This document shows, piece by piece, positions 11,301 to 22,800 of a DNA stretch of 64,000 bases (the first letter of the stretch is position 1; each line of letters begins with the position of its first letter). A program made the translations under genes and the position numbers. Origin of the DNA: Phoronis australis. Taxonomy: Eukaryota; Animalia; Phoronida. The stretch covers positions 378,985-442,984 of the forward strand of contig NMRA01000008.1 of NCBI GenBank assembly GCA_002633005.1. The letters are read 5' to 3'. Below the pieces are notes generated by a model. The model made no database searches, was not told where the DNA came from, and saw nothing but the letters and a program-made list of their open reading frames with translations.

Positions 11301-12961
11301 CTGACCGCTGTGGGGTGGTTAAAGAGGGAGCACTGCTCAAGCCGTGCCGGATAGCATTTTCGAGAGTACGACGAAATTGGAGACTTTGCAGCAATGAAGA
11401 GACTGGACGGCGGTCAAACAGACCCTGGACCTCGACAAGCACGGCTTCAGGCCGATGGCTTTCCACATCATCCATGTTTGCTGGTAAATCATGCTCTGCC
11501 TTAGCTGATGCTTCAACGCGCCGTGTCATAAACTCGTCAATATTCTTTCTCCGCTCTCCACTGGTAACTGGTTTCTCACCCAGTTTAAGGTGTCTGATTT
11601 CGTACATCAATTCACTGCAATTATGCAAGAGTTGCAGTACAGTTGTCAAGTAATTACAAAATAAGAACGATGTAAACACAGGTGTGGATCCAGAAGGGGG
11701 TCAAGGAGATCCAGAAGGGGGTCAAGGAGGTCAAGACCCTCTGCTCGGTCACTGCAACAATTTTACCTGACACTTCCAAAATTGCATCTAAGGATGTGAT
11801 ACACCCATCAACTCCAACACCCATCCCCATTAGCTAAATTGCGTCAAATCTCAGCAAACACTGTTGTAATGAGGAATCTGTCCCACCGCGGATGTTAGTC
11901 CCTTGTCTGGGATCCAGCCCTTGGACCAAGCATTGCCGGAATCCCTGGCATGTGCATTGCATTTGAATTCTCATTATATGCAGAATTGCTAATCAATAGT
12001 TTATGCATGTTATTTGTATTTCAACTTTATATTTACAAGAAATATTAGTTAAGAATTATGTGGTCTTGGTGGCATCTGATGTGACCCCTATCGTATAGCT
12101 AAGAATGGGATCACTGCCTAAATAGGGGTTCAAACCCGCGACTTTCTGCGGTTAAAGTCTCTAGTCCACTGAAAGTAATAAATTTCGTATAAGTTATACG
12201 CAAGAATTATTACTTTCAGTGGATTAGAGCGTCTGCACAGTTACTGCAGAAAGTTCAGGTTTTGAACCCCCTTCAGAACAAAGACTATTTCAGAGATAAA
12301 CTACTATATATAGGTGACCTGATGTGACTAAAAAAATTGTATAAAGACAAATAATTTTTGCTCATAGCTTCTGTAACACACAACCTGTTGATTTAACACA
12401 GCGCAATTATAAACACGACGTATATGCATAAGTTTGGGTGAGGCGGGTGGATTAAGTTTGGATTTCTTCAATCAGGTGGTACCGATAGCCAGAGTGAACA
12501 AGAGCGTCTGCACGGTTACCAGAATTAAAGTTCCGGGTTCAAATGCCAGTCGGGAAAGCCGATCTTTTCAATGTCACATGATTTGACCAACAACCGAACA
12601 TTTGACCTGTTCATGCATAGCCTAGGCAATGACCATCGCCTCTGTTGGCCCGAACCGGCCATAACTCTTACTCATGATATCAAAAATCAAACGCTGATTA
12701 CGTGAAAAGTATTATTTTGCATATGATCAAAAATGGCTTCCACATTTCTTAGTTAAATATCTACAACCCTGTACGTTGAAAAGTAGAATCATAATCAAAT
12801 TACCATCGCTTTTTGGCCAAAAATGCATCAAGTGCATCGCCTTCTGCCTCAGTTTTTGGATCCACATCATGACCAGCTTGTGTTGAAGGGAAATCCCCAC
12901 AAACTGCCCCAAGTTGGTCCATGTCCGAAGAAGAACTTGTAGTGCTGGCTGTGTCAGACAT
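5134..12961 (-). CDS. Six-exon gene: coiled-coil + C-terminal C3HC4-type RING finger protein (putative E3 ubiquitin ligase), 477 aa; exons 12961-12804, 11614-11054, 10467-10317, 6910-6734, 6369-6222, 5372-5134
   Basis: All five introns are GT..AG with consistent phases (2,2,0,0,1). Exons sum to 1434 nt = 477 aa + TAA. Start context is aaaATG. C-terminus CLIC..VLYQCGHLCTC..C..CPICRAPIKDIIRVY is a Neuralized/IAP-type RING. Confidence 0.9.
6222..6369 (-). CDS. RING gene exon 5, coiled coil (SNLALNREMQ...MQMDIQRAIRQEVAAAMSQAG)
   Basis: Acceptor ttttcag, donor G|gtaagt, 148 nt. Confidence 0.9.
6734..6910 (-). CDS. RING gene exon 4 (DHLSRTG...AIPYAQ)
   Basis: Acceptor tttccag, donor CAG|gtaagt, 177 nt. 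Confidence 0.88.
8513..8752. mobile_element. hAT-like MITE, CAGGGGCGGATCC family
   Basis: CAGGGGCAGATCTA..TAGATCAACCTCTG with 5-bp TSD TTGTG. Confidence 0.8.
8890..10013 (+). mobile_element. Helentron-associated (HINE/DINE-1-like) non-autonomous element, family 2
   Basis: 14-bp subterminal inverted repeat acttggcggaatta (8896) / taattccgccaagt (9977), then 3' hairpin cgctc-ctct-gagcg; T-rich 5' flank. Confidence 0.65.
10317..10467 (-). CDS. RING gene exon 3 (QHLEEPPIFQVGEDVARENMIAEISDLVHRQLVTSTLEGNFRAVLELRMQ)
   Basis: Acceptor tttcag, donor CAG|gtaag, 151 nt open; translated by hand, not in ORF track. Confidence 0.85.
10815..10865 (+). repeat. Dispersed repeat family core (also 27645 +, ~29115 -, ~60200-60250 -)
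   Basis: caatatggccgacaagtg(a/t)aatt..ataaaag in four places. Confidence 0.65.
11054..11614 (-). CDS. RING gene exon 2 (ELMYEIRHLKLG...QQAVAE)
   Basis: Acceptor ttgcag, donor AG|gtaagt, 561 nt open frame. Confidence 0.88.
12066..12330. mobile_element. Two 5'-truncated tRNA-SINE copies, head-to-head, forming a foldback
   Basis: ctctagtccactgaaagtaataa (12159) / ttattactttcagtggattagag (12207); ggggttcaaa / tttgaacccc. Confidence 0.7.
12479..12592 (+). mobile_element. tRNA-derived SINE copy
   Basis: agagcgtctgcacggtta..ccgggttcaaat..gatcttttca..gtcacatgatttgaccaac matches the 4961 copy. Confidence 0.65.
12804..12961 (-). CDS. RING gene exon 1 (MSDTASTTSSSSDMDQ...DAFLAKKR)
   Basis: aaaATG at 12961; donor TG|gtaatt at 12803; joins exon 2 in phase (TG+T=Cys). 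An upstream in-frame ATG at 13027 is possible. Confidence 0.8.
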
Positions 12962-13731
12962 TTTGCAGGCAACTACTGTATATGCTGAAAATGCGCTCTG
13001 GTCTTTTATATGGGACGGGTGATTCATCGGAAAGGTGAATATAGAATCGATTGTCGCTTGACAACAGACGAACTGTCATGTCTATTTTTAGAATTCTAGG
13101 AATCCCGATTACGATAGGTCAAGAACAATGTTAAACGTGTGTTGATTGGACAACTACATTTTACCACTCTCATGACGCGATTGATTGGTTGGTCTTTGGT
13201 AACAGTTTATCATACTTTTATAGGGGTTTCAGTACAATGAAGAAACATTATTTGAAATCATCGTTGACGAGTTTGCTGTGACAATAGTTCAATTATTTTA
13301 GTTTAGACAAAACATCATTTTTTTCATAAAACTGATTGAACTTATTGAGTTGTTATCATTGTAATTATTGAGTTGTTACCATTGTAAATATGGTTGTCTT
13401 AAAGTGAGCCCCCCTTAAAGACGATCTCATTTTACTTACTCTGTAAACACAACTGACGACTGAACGATGGCACTTGTTGAGGGATGTGCGGTGTTTTGGA
13501 CTAAAATGTGAAGTTCAGGGTACGCACAAGGTTTTGACCGCATGTTCCTTCATCTAAGCAGTGCGATGTACTGATTTAAATCACTTACCAGCAGTTGATG
13601 ACTGAACTGAGGACAAGATGAATGATGTTGGATGTGGGTCATTCGTTCTCATAGCACTGACAGTAACCGTATAAGCGCCTCTTCCTGAATACAGGAACAT
13701 TCAATCTCATCCCCGCATCACTGCCAAGTCA
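12962..13731. promoter_or_regulatory. Putative bidirectional promoter/5' UTRs between the RING and NCKX genes
   Basis: Divergent ATGs 770 bp apart; ATTGG (CCAAT) boxes at 13145 and 13184; TGACG at ~13173. Confidence 0.6.
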
Positions 13732-13849
13732 ATGGAGAAAAAAGCAAGGACTGGTTTGTGGCTCAGTGCAGGATTGTTTGTGGTATGCTGTTTTGCAGCT
13801 TGGAAACGTCTACAGACACTGTCTCAAACTGAAAATTACATTAGTCACG
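13732..13849 (+). CDS. SLC24A: NCKX exon 1, signal peptide/N-terminal hydrophobic segment ([28 protein letters not shown]...SH)
   Basis: ATG, basic then hydrophobic stretch; donor G|gtgaga is phase 1 and matches the next exon (G+TC=Val). Confidence 0.72.
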
Positions 13850-16800
13850 GTGAGAATTAAATTTTATCGAAATTTAAATGTTGTCTTTAAATGCCACCAT
13901 TTTCTTATGGTGTTTTCGTTTAAGTTTTCCATAATTATACCTTTTGTTCAATGTCCAAAACGATAAACAAGTGCCATCTCTACTGGCCTTAGAGACATTG
14001 AAACAGCTATAGGTATTTCATAGGCTGACCATGTCTTTTCAAAGCAGGAACGGGCATTCATAGCATAAACAATAGTTTCAACACAGTGGCCAGATTTGAT
14101 ATGTTCAAGTATCACTTTGGTTTCATTATTGTGCAACTTTTGAATTTTTATGAAGAATGAACGAAAGTCCTGTTTTTAATAGCCCTTCCTGCTAACGTAG
14201 AACATTTCGAAAACACTTCCTAACAGTGTTTTGGAGAACAGTGCTTAAAGGATAGTTTGTTCAGTTTCATGTGAATCCAGTCTCAGACATTCCACTTTTA
14301 GCCAAATTTGGTGGAATTTTTCTAGGTTCCTACATTTAACCATAAAGTGATAACATGGGTGATATTGTTACATGTATTTCAGATCTCCCACAAGAAAAAA
14401 TTGAACCCACAACCTCTGGCCGCTACAGTGTTTGCGGTCCAACACTTTGTTAGGAGGGAATGGTTTTAGAATACAGTTTGGTAGTATCCAGCATCATGGT
14501 GTTTTGTCGCCTCACCAAGCGGGCATTGTGGTCTTTTTAGCACGGTCCCATTGATGATGAATGCGTTATGAACCAGACCTGAAATAAGGCTAGTCCAGCC
14601 TGAGGTTCACTAGCTGTTTTGCGGCTAGAAAAATCTAGCCAAAATCACGTGGTCTCATTTAAAATACACGACAATATCTCGCGTAATCTCGCAGTCTCGA
14701 TTTTCTAGCATTACTGAACTCTATCCAGGTACCAGTGTCATCCATTGTTTTCAGCATTCTTGTGCTCTTAGGACTCACAGTTCAGTTATCTACTTGGGTT
14801 GAAATAGTTGCTAAAACCATCTATCAGTGGGTACCAGAGAACTGAAATCTAATGTATCTGTTTAAGCAAATTTTTATCATATTTCTGTAGCCAAAAATTA
14901 TCTTGCCTTAGCTTGTTAGGGGATTCAGTTTCAAGAGCTTAATTCCAAAGATCATCAGTATAATTTATTTTAATGAATACGCGTCAATGTTTTGGGGAGT
15001 TGCGGTCAGTATGAACGCTTAACTTCGGTCCTGGATAGAAGTTAACAGCACCAGTTAACTTTGCAGTAAACAGGTGAATTTAAGAGCGGAGCGTCTATGC
15101 TGCGGTGCAGTATGAACGATCAACTTCGGTCGTATCGAAGTTAAAGCCGGGTGCCTCTGTTATCGTCAATTACAGGGTAGTGCTGTCGCTAATAGTTGCT
15201 TAAATTTTGCTCTAATAATCACCAATGGAATTAAAAATGAGTTTGACCGTAGTTACGAGTTACATAGTCAATATGAAAAGGCCTTAGACACATTTGTTGG
15301 TGAAGCCCTGGGTAATGTGGTAATTGATTTACTCCACACAATAGAACCTTAGATCAATTTTCCTCTTGTTGACGGCAGAAATTGTACAAATCCATTGAGG
15401 AAGTACAAGGTGCCGTGAAACGGGGCGAGTTTCTAATGACAGAGTGAAATTTTATTTCCTCATCCTTTTAAGAAAAGATATGTAACACCAAATTAATACT
15501 TTTCCATGCTCACGTTTTGTCCCATAGCTTCCACCTGACAATATTTTGATAAATGATGACTATTCACAGGAATGTTAGTAAACCTTGATAATTGAATACA
15601 GCATTTTGTCACAGAAATTGGTAAGATTTTACCATATGAATGTTATGTTATGGGATGCTTGAAGTTACATTCATCGATAATTTAAACTGCAAAACTGTTT
15701 TAAAGAACTTTACGTTTGGGGGATTTTTGAAATCGCTCCTCGTGGTTTCTCCCTTGTATTGTAGCTCAAAACTTCACCTAAATCTATTCATATATTTTCC
15801 GACGTCATCTAACTGAATCTATTGATGTATTTCTCAATTGAATCCTGAAAGCCCTACTTGTGTTTCTCCATTGAAGCCCAATAGCTCTACCTTAATCTAT
15901 TTATATTAGGATGTTTCTCCACTGTAGTCTCATAGCTCTGCCTGAATCTATTGGCGTGTTTCTTGTTTGAATTCCGATAGCTTTACCTGAATCTATTATA
16001 GCCTTCATTGTAACCTCATAGCTCTGCCAGAATCTATTAATGTGTTTCTCTATTGAAGCCTGATAGCTTTGCCTGAATCTATTATAGCCTTCATTGTAAC
16101 CTCATAGCTCTGCCAGAATCTATTGATGTGTTTCTCCATTGCAGCCCCATAGCTCTGCTGAATCCATTGATGTTTCTCCTCTCAGTCCTCTGTAGTCCAA
16201 TTGGTCTACCTGAATCTATTAATGTGTTTCTCCATTGCAGCCCCATAGCTCTGCTGAATCCATTGATGTTTCTCCTCTGTAGTCCAATTGGTCTACCTGA
16301 ATCAATTGATGTGTTTCTCCATTGCAGCCCCATAGCTCTGCTGAATCCATTGATGTTTCTCCTCTGTAGTCCAATTGGTCTACCTGAATCAATTGATGTG
16401 TTTCTCTATTGTAGTCTCATCACGCCATCTTCTGTCCATTGCCAATTGTACCCCGCCAGCCATCAATCAGTTCCCACCAGACCTGTTTACCGAGGAACAA
16501 CGAGAGAATGGTGCCATAGTTGTACATATCATCGTGTCACTCTACATGTTCATCGGACTGGCCATAGTCTGCGATGACTACTTTGTGCCTTCTCTGGAAA
16601 GAATCTGTCAAGGTATTTTGATCCATTCTGTTTGTTATTAACTTAAAACAAATTTCACCTTTTCAGTTAATCCCCACCTCCACGAAACACCTACCTCTGA
16701 TTTTACGTAAAAATCCATGTTCAGAAGTGTTTGGCGTATACTCTCATGAATTTAAACACCATTGGCTATCGCACAAATGGACATGATACCTTAAGTGAAT

Positions 16801-19800
16801 CATGTAAAGTATAAGAGATTTGAAGTAATTGGACAAAATACTGTTTTCACAAAATACTGTTTTCCGGTCATGACGACTAGTTCTGTGAATGGCAAAAGTG
16901 AGTGGTGTTATTTATTCGGGTGGCGGAATACTAATTGCAAAATGGCTCTGCCACCGTACTGACTTTCTGTTAATTCCTCTTCATTCTGAGTTATGAGGGG
17001 AGACAACTCTGATGTTGAATTTAGCCTCTGCCCAGCAATCACGATGAGGAGATATTCCTTCATTAGTGGCTTAGAATTTTGCAGGGGGTGGGGGCTGGGG
17101 GCAGCTGGGGGGAGGGAATTGACATGCAAGGTCAGTGAGAGTAGTTATTTGTGAACCCTGACTCACATTATACATCTGTCCCAGACAGCGAAGAGGTTTA
17201 TGGTCCTGGCTGAGAAGATCATTTTGTTTTGAATAGCCAAGCCCAGAATGAGGTCATTTTGTCTGAATACTTTTATCTTGTACTGCTTATGAAAGAGACC
17301 AATGATGCAACAGAATATTTAAAATTTGTGTGACATGTGGTGCAGCACTTTAGTATATTGTGAAAAGTGACATTATGATGTTTGACAATGGATGTTTGAC
17401 AATGGCAGTTGCAGTCAGGACATACCGTAATCGTTCGGGTTAACGCCCATGCTCAGTTAACCGCCCATCCCCTACTTTAAGTGGATTTTCGATTTAACCG
17501 CCCACTGCTCAGTTAAGCGCCCCCCTGCGATTTTTGAAGATTTCCAGTTAAGCGCCCACCTCTCGGTTAAGCGCCCATCCCCGACTTTTAAAGAATGAAG
17601 ATTTAGCGACTATTGCTAAGGAAACGCGCGATTCCCCGACTTTTAGAAAAAGATCGATGATCACAATTAGTGTGCAACGACGCCGGGACTCCGAGACGAT
17701 GGTTTAGCAATCTGAATTACAATACAGATAACGAGTTATTGTCTTGGGTCATGAACTCACTTCAAAATATAATACTTGAACCTTTTTGTCACTTTATTTT
17801 CTTCCCTTTTTCGCAAAGTTTAAGAACGCCGCCGGCGTCAAAACTTCCGCTTTCAGCGACTTTGTCTGCCGCGCTGAGTTTCCGTCTGCAGTGCACTAGA
17901 TAAAACATATATTCGAAAAAATCAGGCCAGAGAAATGTGACAATGGTTTTGCCAACCCTCCAAATTCTATTAAGGTGGGAAGCTCTCGTATTTTGAACAA
18001 ATCTCACAACTCACGGAAAGATGTCAAATTCTCAATATTTTGATGAATATAACTGCCGGGTTATAGAGGATGTGGGGCGACCGAAGGGACAGTACAAGTG
18101 CCTTACTGGGTTACCGATTTCGTTGCTGCCTGTCGATTTCTGAATTCAAACGTTGGCAATAATGTATGTTTGTGTATGATCTTGAAGTAATAAAAAACGG
18201 CTAGTCAAATTTTGTTTTTCGCTTATTGCATCTCAGTCAAACTGGTTAGCAGATTTAACTAATGTCGCTGGCTGTTCTTTACTATTTCTTGCGTCAGCCC
18301 CCACGTAAGCGTGACTGTGTGAATTATCGTTTCCACATCCCCTTTTTAGCCATCCAGAATAATTTTGTTTATACATTGGCCATTTTCAGCCTGAACAAAA
18401 ATTCTTACCATTCGAGTCTGAAATATCTACGACGTAGACTGCTTGACGATAGTGGGTAGGAGATTCACGCAGCTAGTTACAGGGATGGGCTTAGGGAGCA
18501 TCGAGCCGGGAAATATGGGAATAGACTTGACATCGCAGTTTTGGGGAACATTGGCAACGGAGGAATATCGTAAAGAACTGGGTCTTTCGTAACAACAGCT
18601 TAAAAGTACATAGTCACGCCCGTTTTTGTTACTTCGTCGGACTGTCGCTATGTGTGACTGATTTGTAGTGGTGCACGTGCGCAAGTTCCCACACTTTGGA
18701 GTGCATGTTACCTTGACACCAACATGTGATTGACAGGTGACTCACACGTAGGCCCTACGTGCGTGCTGAATACCGCCACTATCTTTGGCCATAAAAAACG
18801 AGATGCATATTGAAAGAGGCCATTATATTACTTGACGGCATTTCCAAGTCACGATTGTCAGCCGACTGAGACATTGCACGATAACAGCGGGACCGAACAG
18901 TGCCGCAGTGCGATATTACAAGTGATATAAATAGGATACTCTGGACATCTTGCATGAAAAATAAATGTTTTTCCACCACGAAGTTTGGTAAGGTGATCGT
19001 TTAGAATAGTGAATTGAAACATTGCTGTTTTCTGACATTTTGTAACATATTGATGCAGTTGCTTGAAATTTTCTTCTTGATCGACTACTGGCTCGACCAC
19101 CCCCGATCCTTGTCTTACTTCTTTGCATAGCATGTTTGGCGCAACGGCAAGAGAGCAATGCCGGGCTGTCGAGATAAGACAGCTATCCGCAGAACCATAC
19201 GCTGAAAATGTCATGAGTCACGGAGTGTCGACTATAACATACCAAACACAAAAAACAACAGAGTTAAGTTTTTCAAACTTTTATTACAACCAATTTTAAA
19301 ACTGCTCTCTGACACAGAACTTGACAGCTACATATAGTACGAGACTGTAACCATAGATTTGATGACCTCTGCAACACGTGAAGCTTGCACGCGCGCACTT
19401 AAGCAGGGTCACATCTTAATTGAAACAGTTTTAATTCTAGTGGAGGCTGCGTGGTGGCTGGTCGTCTGCGCACCGCAGGACGACACGGGGCTATTACTCA
19501 GCAATTTTGTAAATTTAATAGTGAATGACTAATCTGGGCAAGAGAACCTTTGTTGGGATCATCTGCTGTTATGACGTTTTCACTGTCATTTGGCGACGTG
19601 ACGATAAAGCTCTTGGAAAAGGGCTACGCGTTCCCAGTATGATTGTCGTGTCGGGATTTAGATCGCCAGGTAAGATTAACCGCCCAGGGCGGTTGTCTGT
19701 TGTAATAAGCGCCCATGTTCGGTTAACCGCCCATCCCCTACTTTAGGTGGATTTTCGATTTAGCCGCCCACTGCTCGGTTAACCGCCCTCCCCCGATTTT

Positions 19801-22800
19801 TTGGATTCGCCGATTTAACCGCCCAGGGCGTTAACCCGAACGATTACGGTAATTGCAGGCTGTCTAGTACATGTTGTATCAGATGTATGCAGACCGCTCA
19901 GGTGGACTCATTGCAATATTAGGTAACATTAGTGTCAAATGCATGAAGGCACTGATGTGAGTACTGTCTGCATATTTACATATTTCTCACCTATCAGGCT
20001 CATTTGGGAGTTATCAGGTTCATTTGGCCGGATGCTAATTCTGGTTTCTACAGTGTAAGGGAATGTGTGCCTTTCAACTCTCCCTGGATTTATAAGCCAT
20101 TCCATCTCTATTTGCTGCTACTGTTCTATGCCAATTCTAGCTGGAATGTGTGTTTACCAGTGATGTAATTTTGGGTCCACTAAAAGGCCAAAGGGGAAGA
20201 AGTGTTACGTTAGGGAGGGTGTACCGTAGTACCAGTAGTCTTTTTCAAGCCAGTCAAGCCATGGTTAGAAAAGGAGTAAGGAAATTTCAACCTTGGGGAA
20301 AATTATATACATAACATGAAGTAATCGCTTTTGCTTAAAGCAAGCTTGCTCAAATCTAGTATGGTATTGACAGTGTCAAGCATAGGCAGATCCAGGGGAA
20401 GTAAAGGGGGACTGGACCTGCCCTTTTTTCCCTCGATTTTAGTGATATCGAATCTAGAATTTTTGAATTGTTGACTGTGACCCCCTTTTTAAAAAAAATC
20501 TGGACCCTCCCCTGTCAAGCTAGTATAACTCAAGTGATCAGTTTATAGTCAGACATTACTAATCCACATGTTGTCTACTCCAGAAGACAGCAGTTTCTAA
20601 ATTTAGGCCACCTTAGTCCAGATAGCAATGAAGTCTATTGTCAAGTGTTCACGTGCTCTTTTGTTCAGCGTCACGACTTGCCAATTAACCTACCATGGTT
20701 CAAGAGTTAGAAAAAATATTTGCCAACAGGTACCATAGAAGGGAGATTTAACAGACCTGTTGTAGTTAATTGCTGTTGTATTGATCCTAACTTAACTTTT
20801 TGTGGGGAATTCAATTTCGGAAGCCACCTGTTCGAAAAATCACCAGTTTTAGTGCATGATATATTAATTTATTGTGTCTACTGTTTTATTGCCGTGATGG
20901 GATAAGTGATATACTCCACACAATAGAGCCTTAGATTATAAACATACTGACTTAACTCAGTGCTCTGGGAGCATCCACCTAAACTGCCTAGTTAAAGATG
21001 CTATGTCTAATTAAAACCGTGAATACTTAAATTTGTAGCAAGCGCCACCTAGTGACTTCCTGGTGAACTGTGTGTACAAGTATAATCAGGAAAAGAAACA
21101 ATTTGTAAATAAATTGCGGTTTTAAAGAAAACACCATCACTGATACACTTATAAACAAGTGTAACGTATAGAGAAACCTAATAATTTCAAATTTGATGCA
21201 ATCGTTCATTGATAGTGAAACAAACAAATAACAAAAATTGTACCTTGTTTCATTGGGCTAACGAAGACATATTACCATACTCATTTACATGAAAAACGAA
21301 TCTTTTGCGAGATTATAATGCTTACTGTTTCTCGAATGGTTTCTGGCCCAGCGGAAGACGGGGGGTTGTTTGTTAGCTAGTACTTCATTTGCATATTCAC
21401 AATTTAATGAGACATAGCATCTGTGATACTGTTGTCATAGTAATCGCAAGGTAGCGCTGATACATCGCGTGCACTCCAAGATTTTTTTACTGTGACAATT
21501 TGGGAATATTTATGTGTGCTAATTTACATAAAACTTATTTCTAATGGGATTGTTAATTATTCGAGCTAGATATAAGCAAATATTAGTGACGACAAACTGG
21601 AAATGGCATGGAATTTGTTACAGAAAGTCTTAAAGTACAGTAAAAAGTCGCGGAAAGTTATGAAATTTTGCCAGTTATTTTCTGTCTGAAGTACGCTATT
21701 GACTGCAGCTAATATTTTGAGTGACTTTTGGCTCTAAGTTAATCCGAATGAAACATCTTAACGAAAAAGGTATTATTGATCGCAGTGAAAGTATTGCAGA
21801 TCCCAAAAGGCTTTTGGTGCTTTCATTTAGACTACCAAAACAAGCTTTGTATAGGAACAGTACAAAACGATAATTGTAACATTACAGTCTATGTCTTGGT
21901 TCGGATATCTTCCGACAATATATATACAGTTATTCTTAAGTTGTTTTGCTCAAGAATGTGAACACAAAGTTCAACTAGTAATACCTTGTTGTAAATAGTC
22001 AAAATTTTATTAATTAAGTGTTTTGACAGCTGATTGTATAAATTAAGTTCTACAACAATTTAATGAAATAATAATAATGTTTTTCGGTCATATTCTGTGC
22101 TTAATAGTTATGTTATTACTGTAGCCCGTATTCAGTTGTTTGAAGTGATATTAAACATGTGTTTTATGTAAAAAAGCATTTTGATTTAGGTCGCTTATGG
22201 TTATAAAATTAGTTTTGTCTTGCTTCTGAAGTACTGACAGTTAGTTATTCTTTGAGAACATGTTGGGCGGTGTGTCAATCTGCTTTGTAGAGTTGGTTGT
22301 CAAGGACTAAGAAACTTTCAGTTGTTTTGAACTCTTGTAACCACCTCCACTTTGCTTAAAGACTACTAGGCCTGTTTGTTTACATGGACGTTTTTATCAC
22401 CATTTAAATCGCTATTTTGATTGTCATTTCAACATACCGAGTAAAGTTCTAACTTTAATCGTCATTTTGTTACTCGCTAAAGATAGTGGATTTTACTCGG
22501 CAAATGCTGAATCAGGTGTCCTGCCGATACCAGACGTGGCTCGCTAAATGCGTGGCACTTCGCTCCATTTGCATTGGAGCACAAAGCAAGCATGTAGCCA
22601 GAGAGAGATTCTAATCTCCAGACAGCCAATAGTAACAAACCCCCTTACTTGCTAAGAGAGGGTTGTTGTAAAATACTGGAGCAATAGTGGAGAAAATCGT
22701 CATGTAAATAGTCGGAGATTACCGTTTAAAAGTAAGCGTTATAACAGCGAAGAAATGGCAGGAAAAAGTTTTCACATTCAAAATCCTGCTTGCAATGAGT

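Noticed and set aside
11195-11653. 152-aa plus-strand ORF with hydrophobic start
   Set aside because: Antisense shadow of RING gene exon 2
14383-15625. Extra NCKX exons at 14383 (tttcag) or a 6-nt microexon at 15615-15620
   Set aside because: All frames from 14383 close quickly; exon 1 already joins exon 2 in phase; the microexon is untestable without RNA data
16091-16577. 149-aa and 80-aa repetitive ORFs
   Set aside because: Translation of the minisatellite; the real NCKX frame is different
17789-19214. Transposase ORFs inside the 2.4-kb TIR element
   Set aside because: Only short ORFs, with no DDE/DDD or HTH motif recognised
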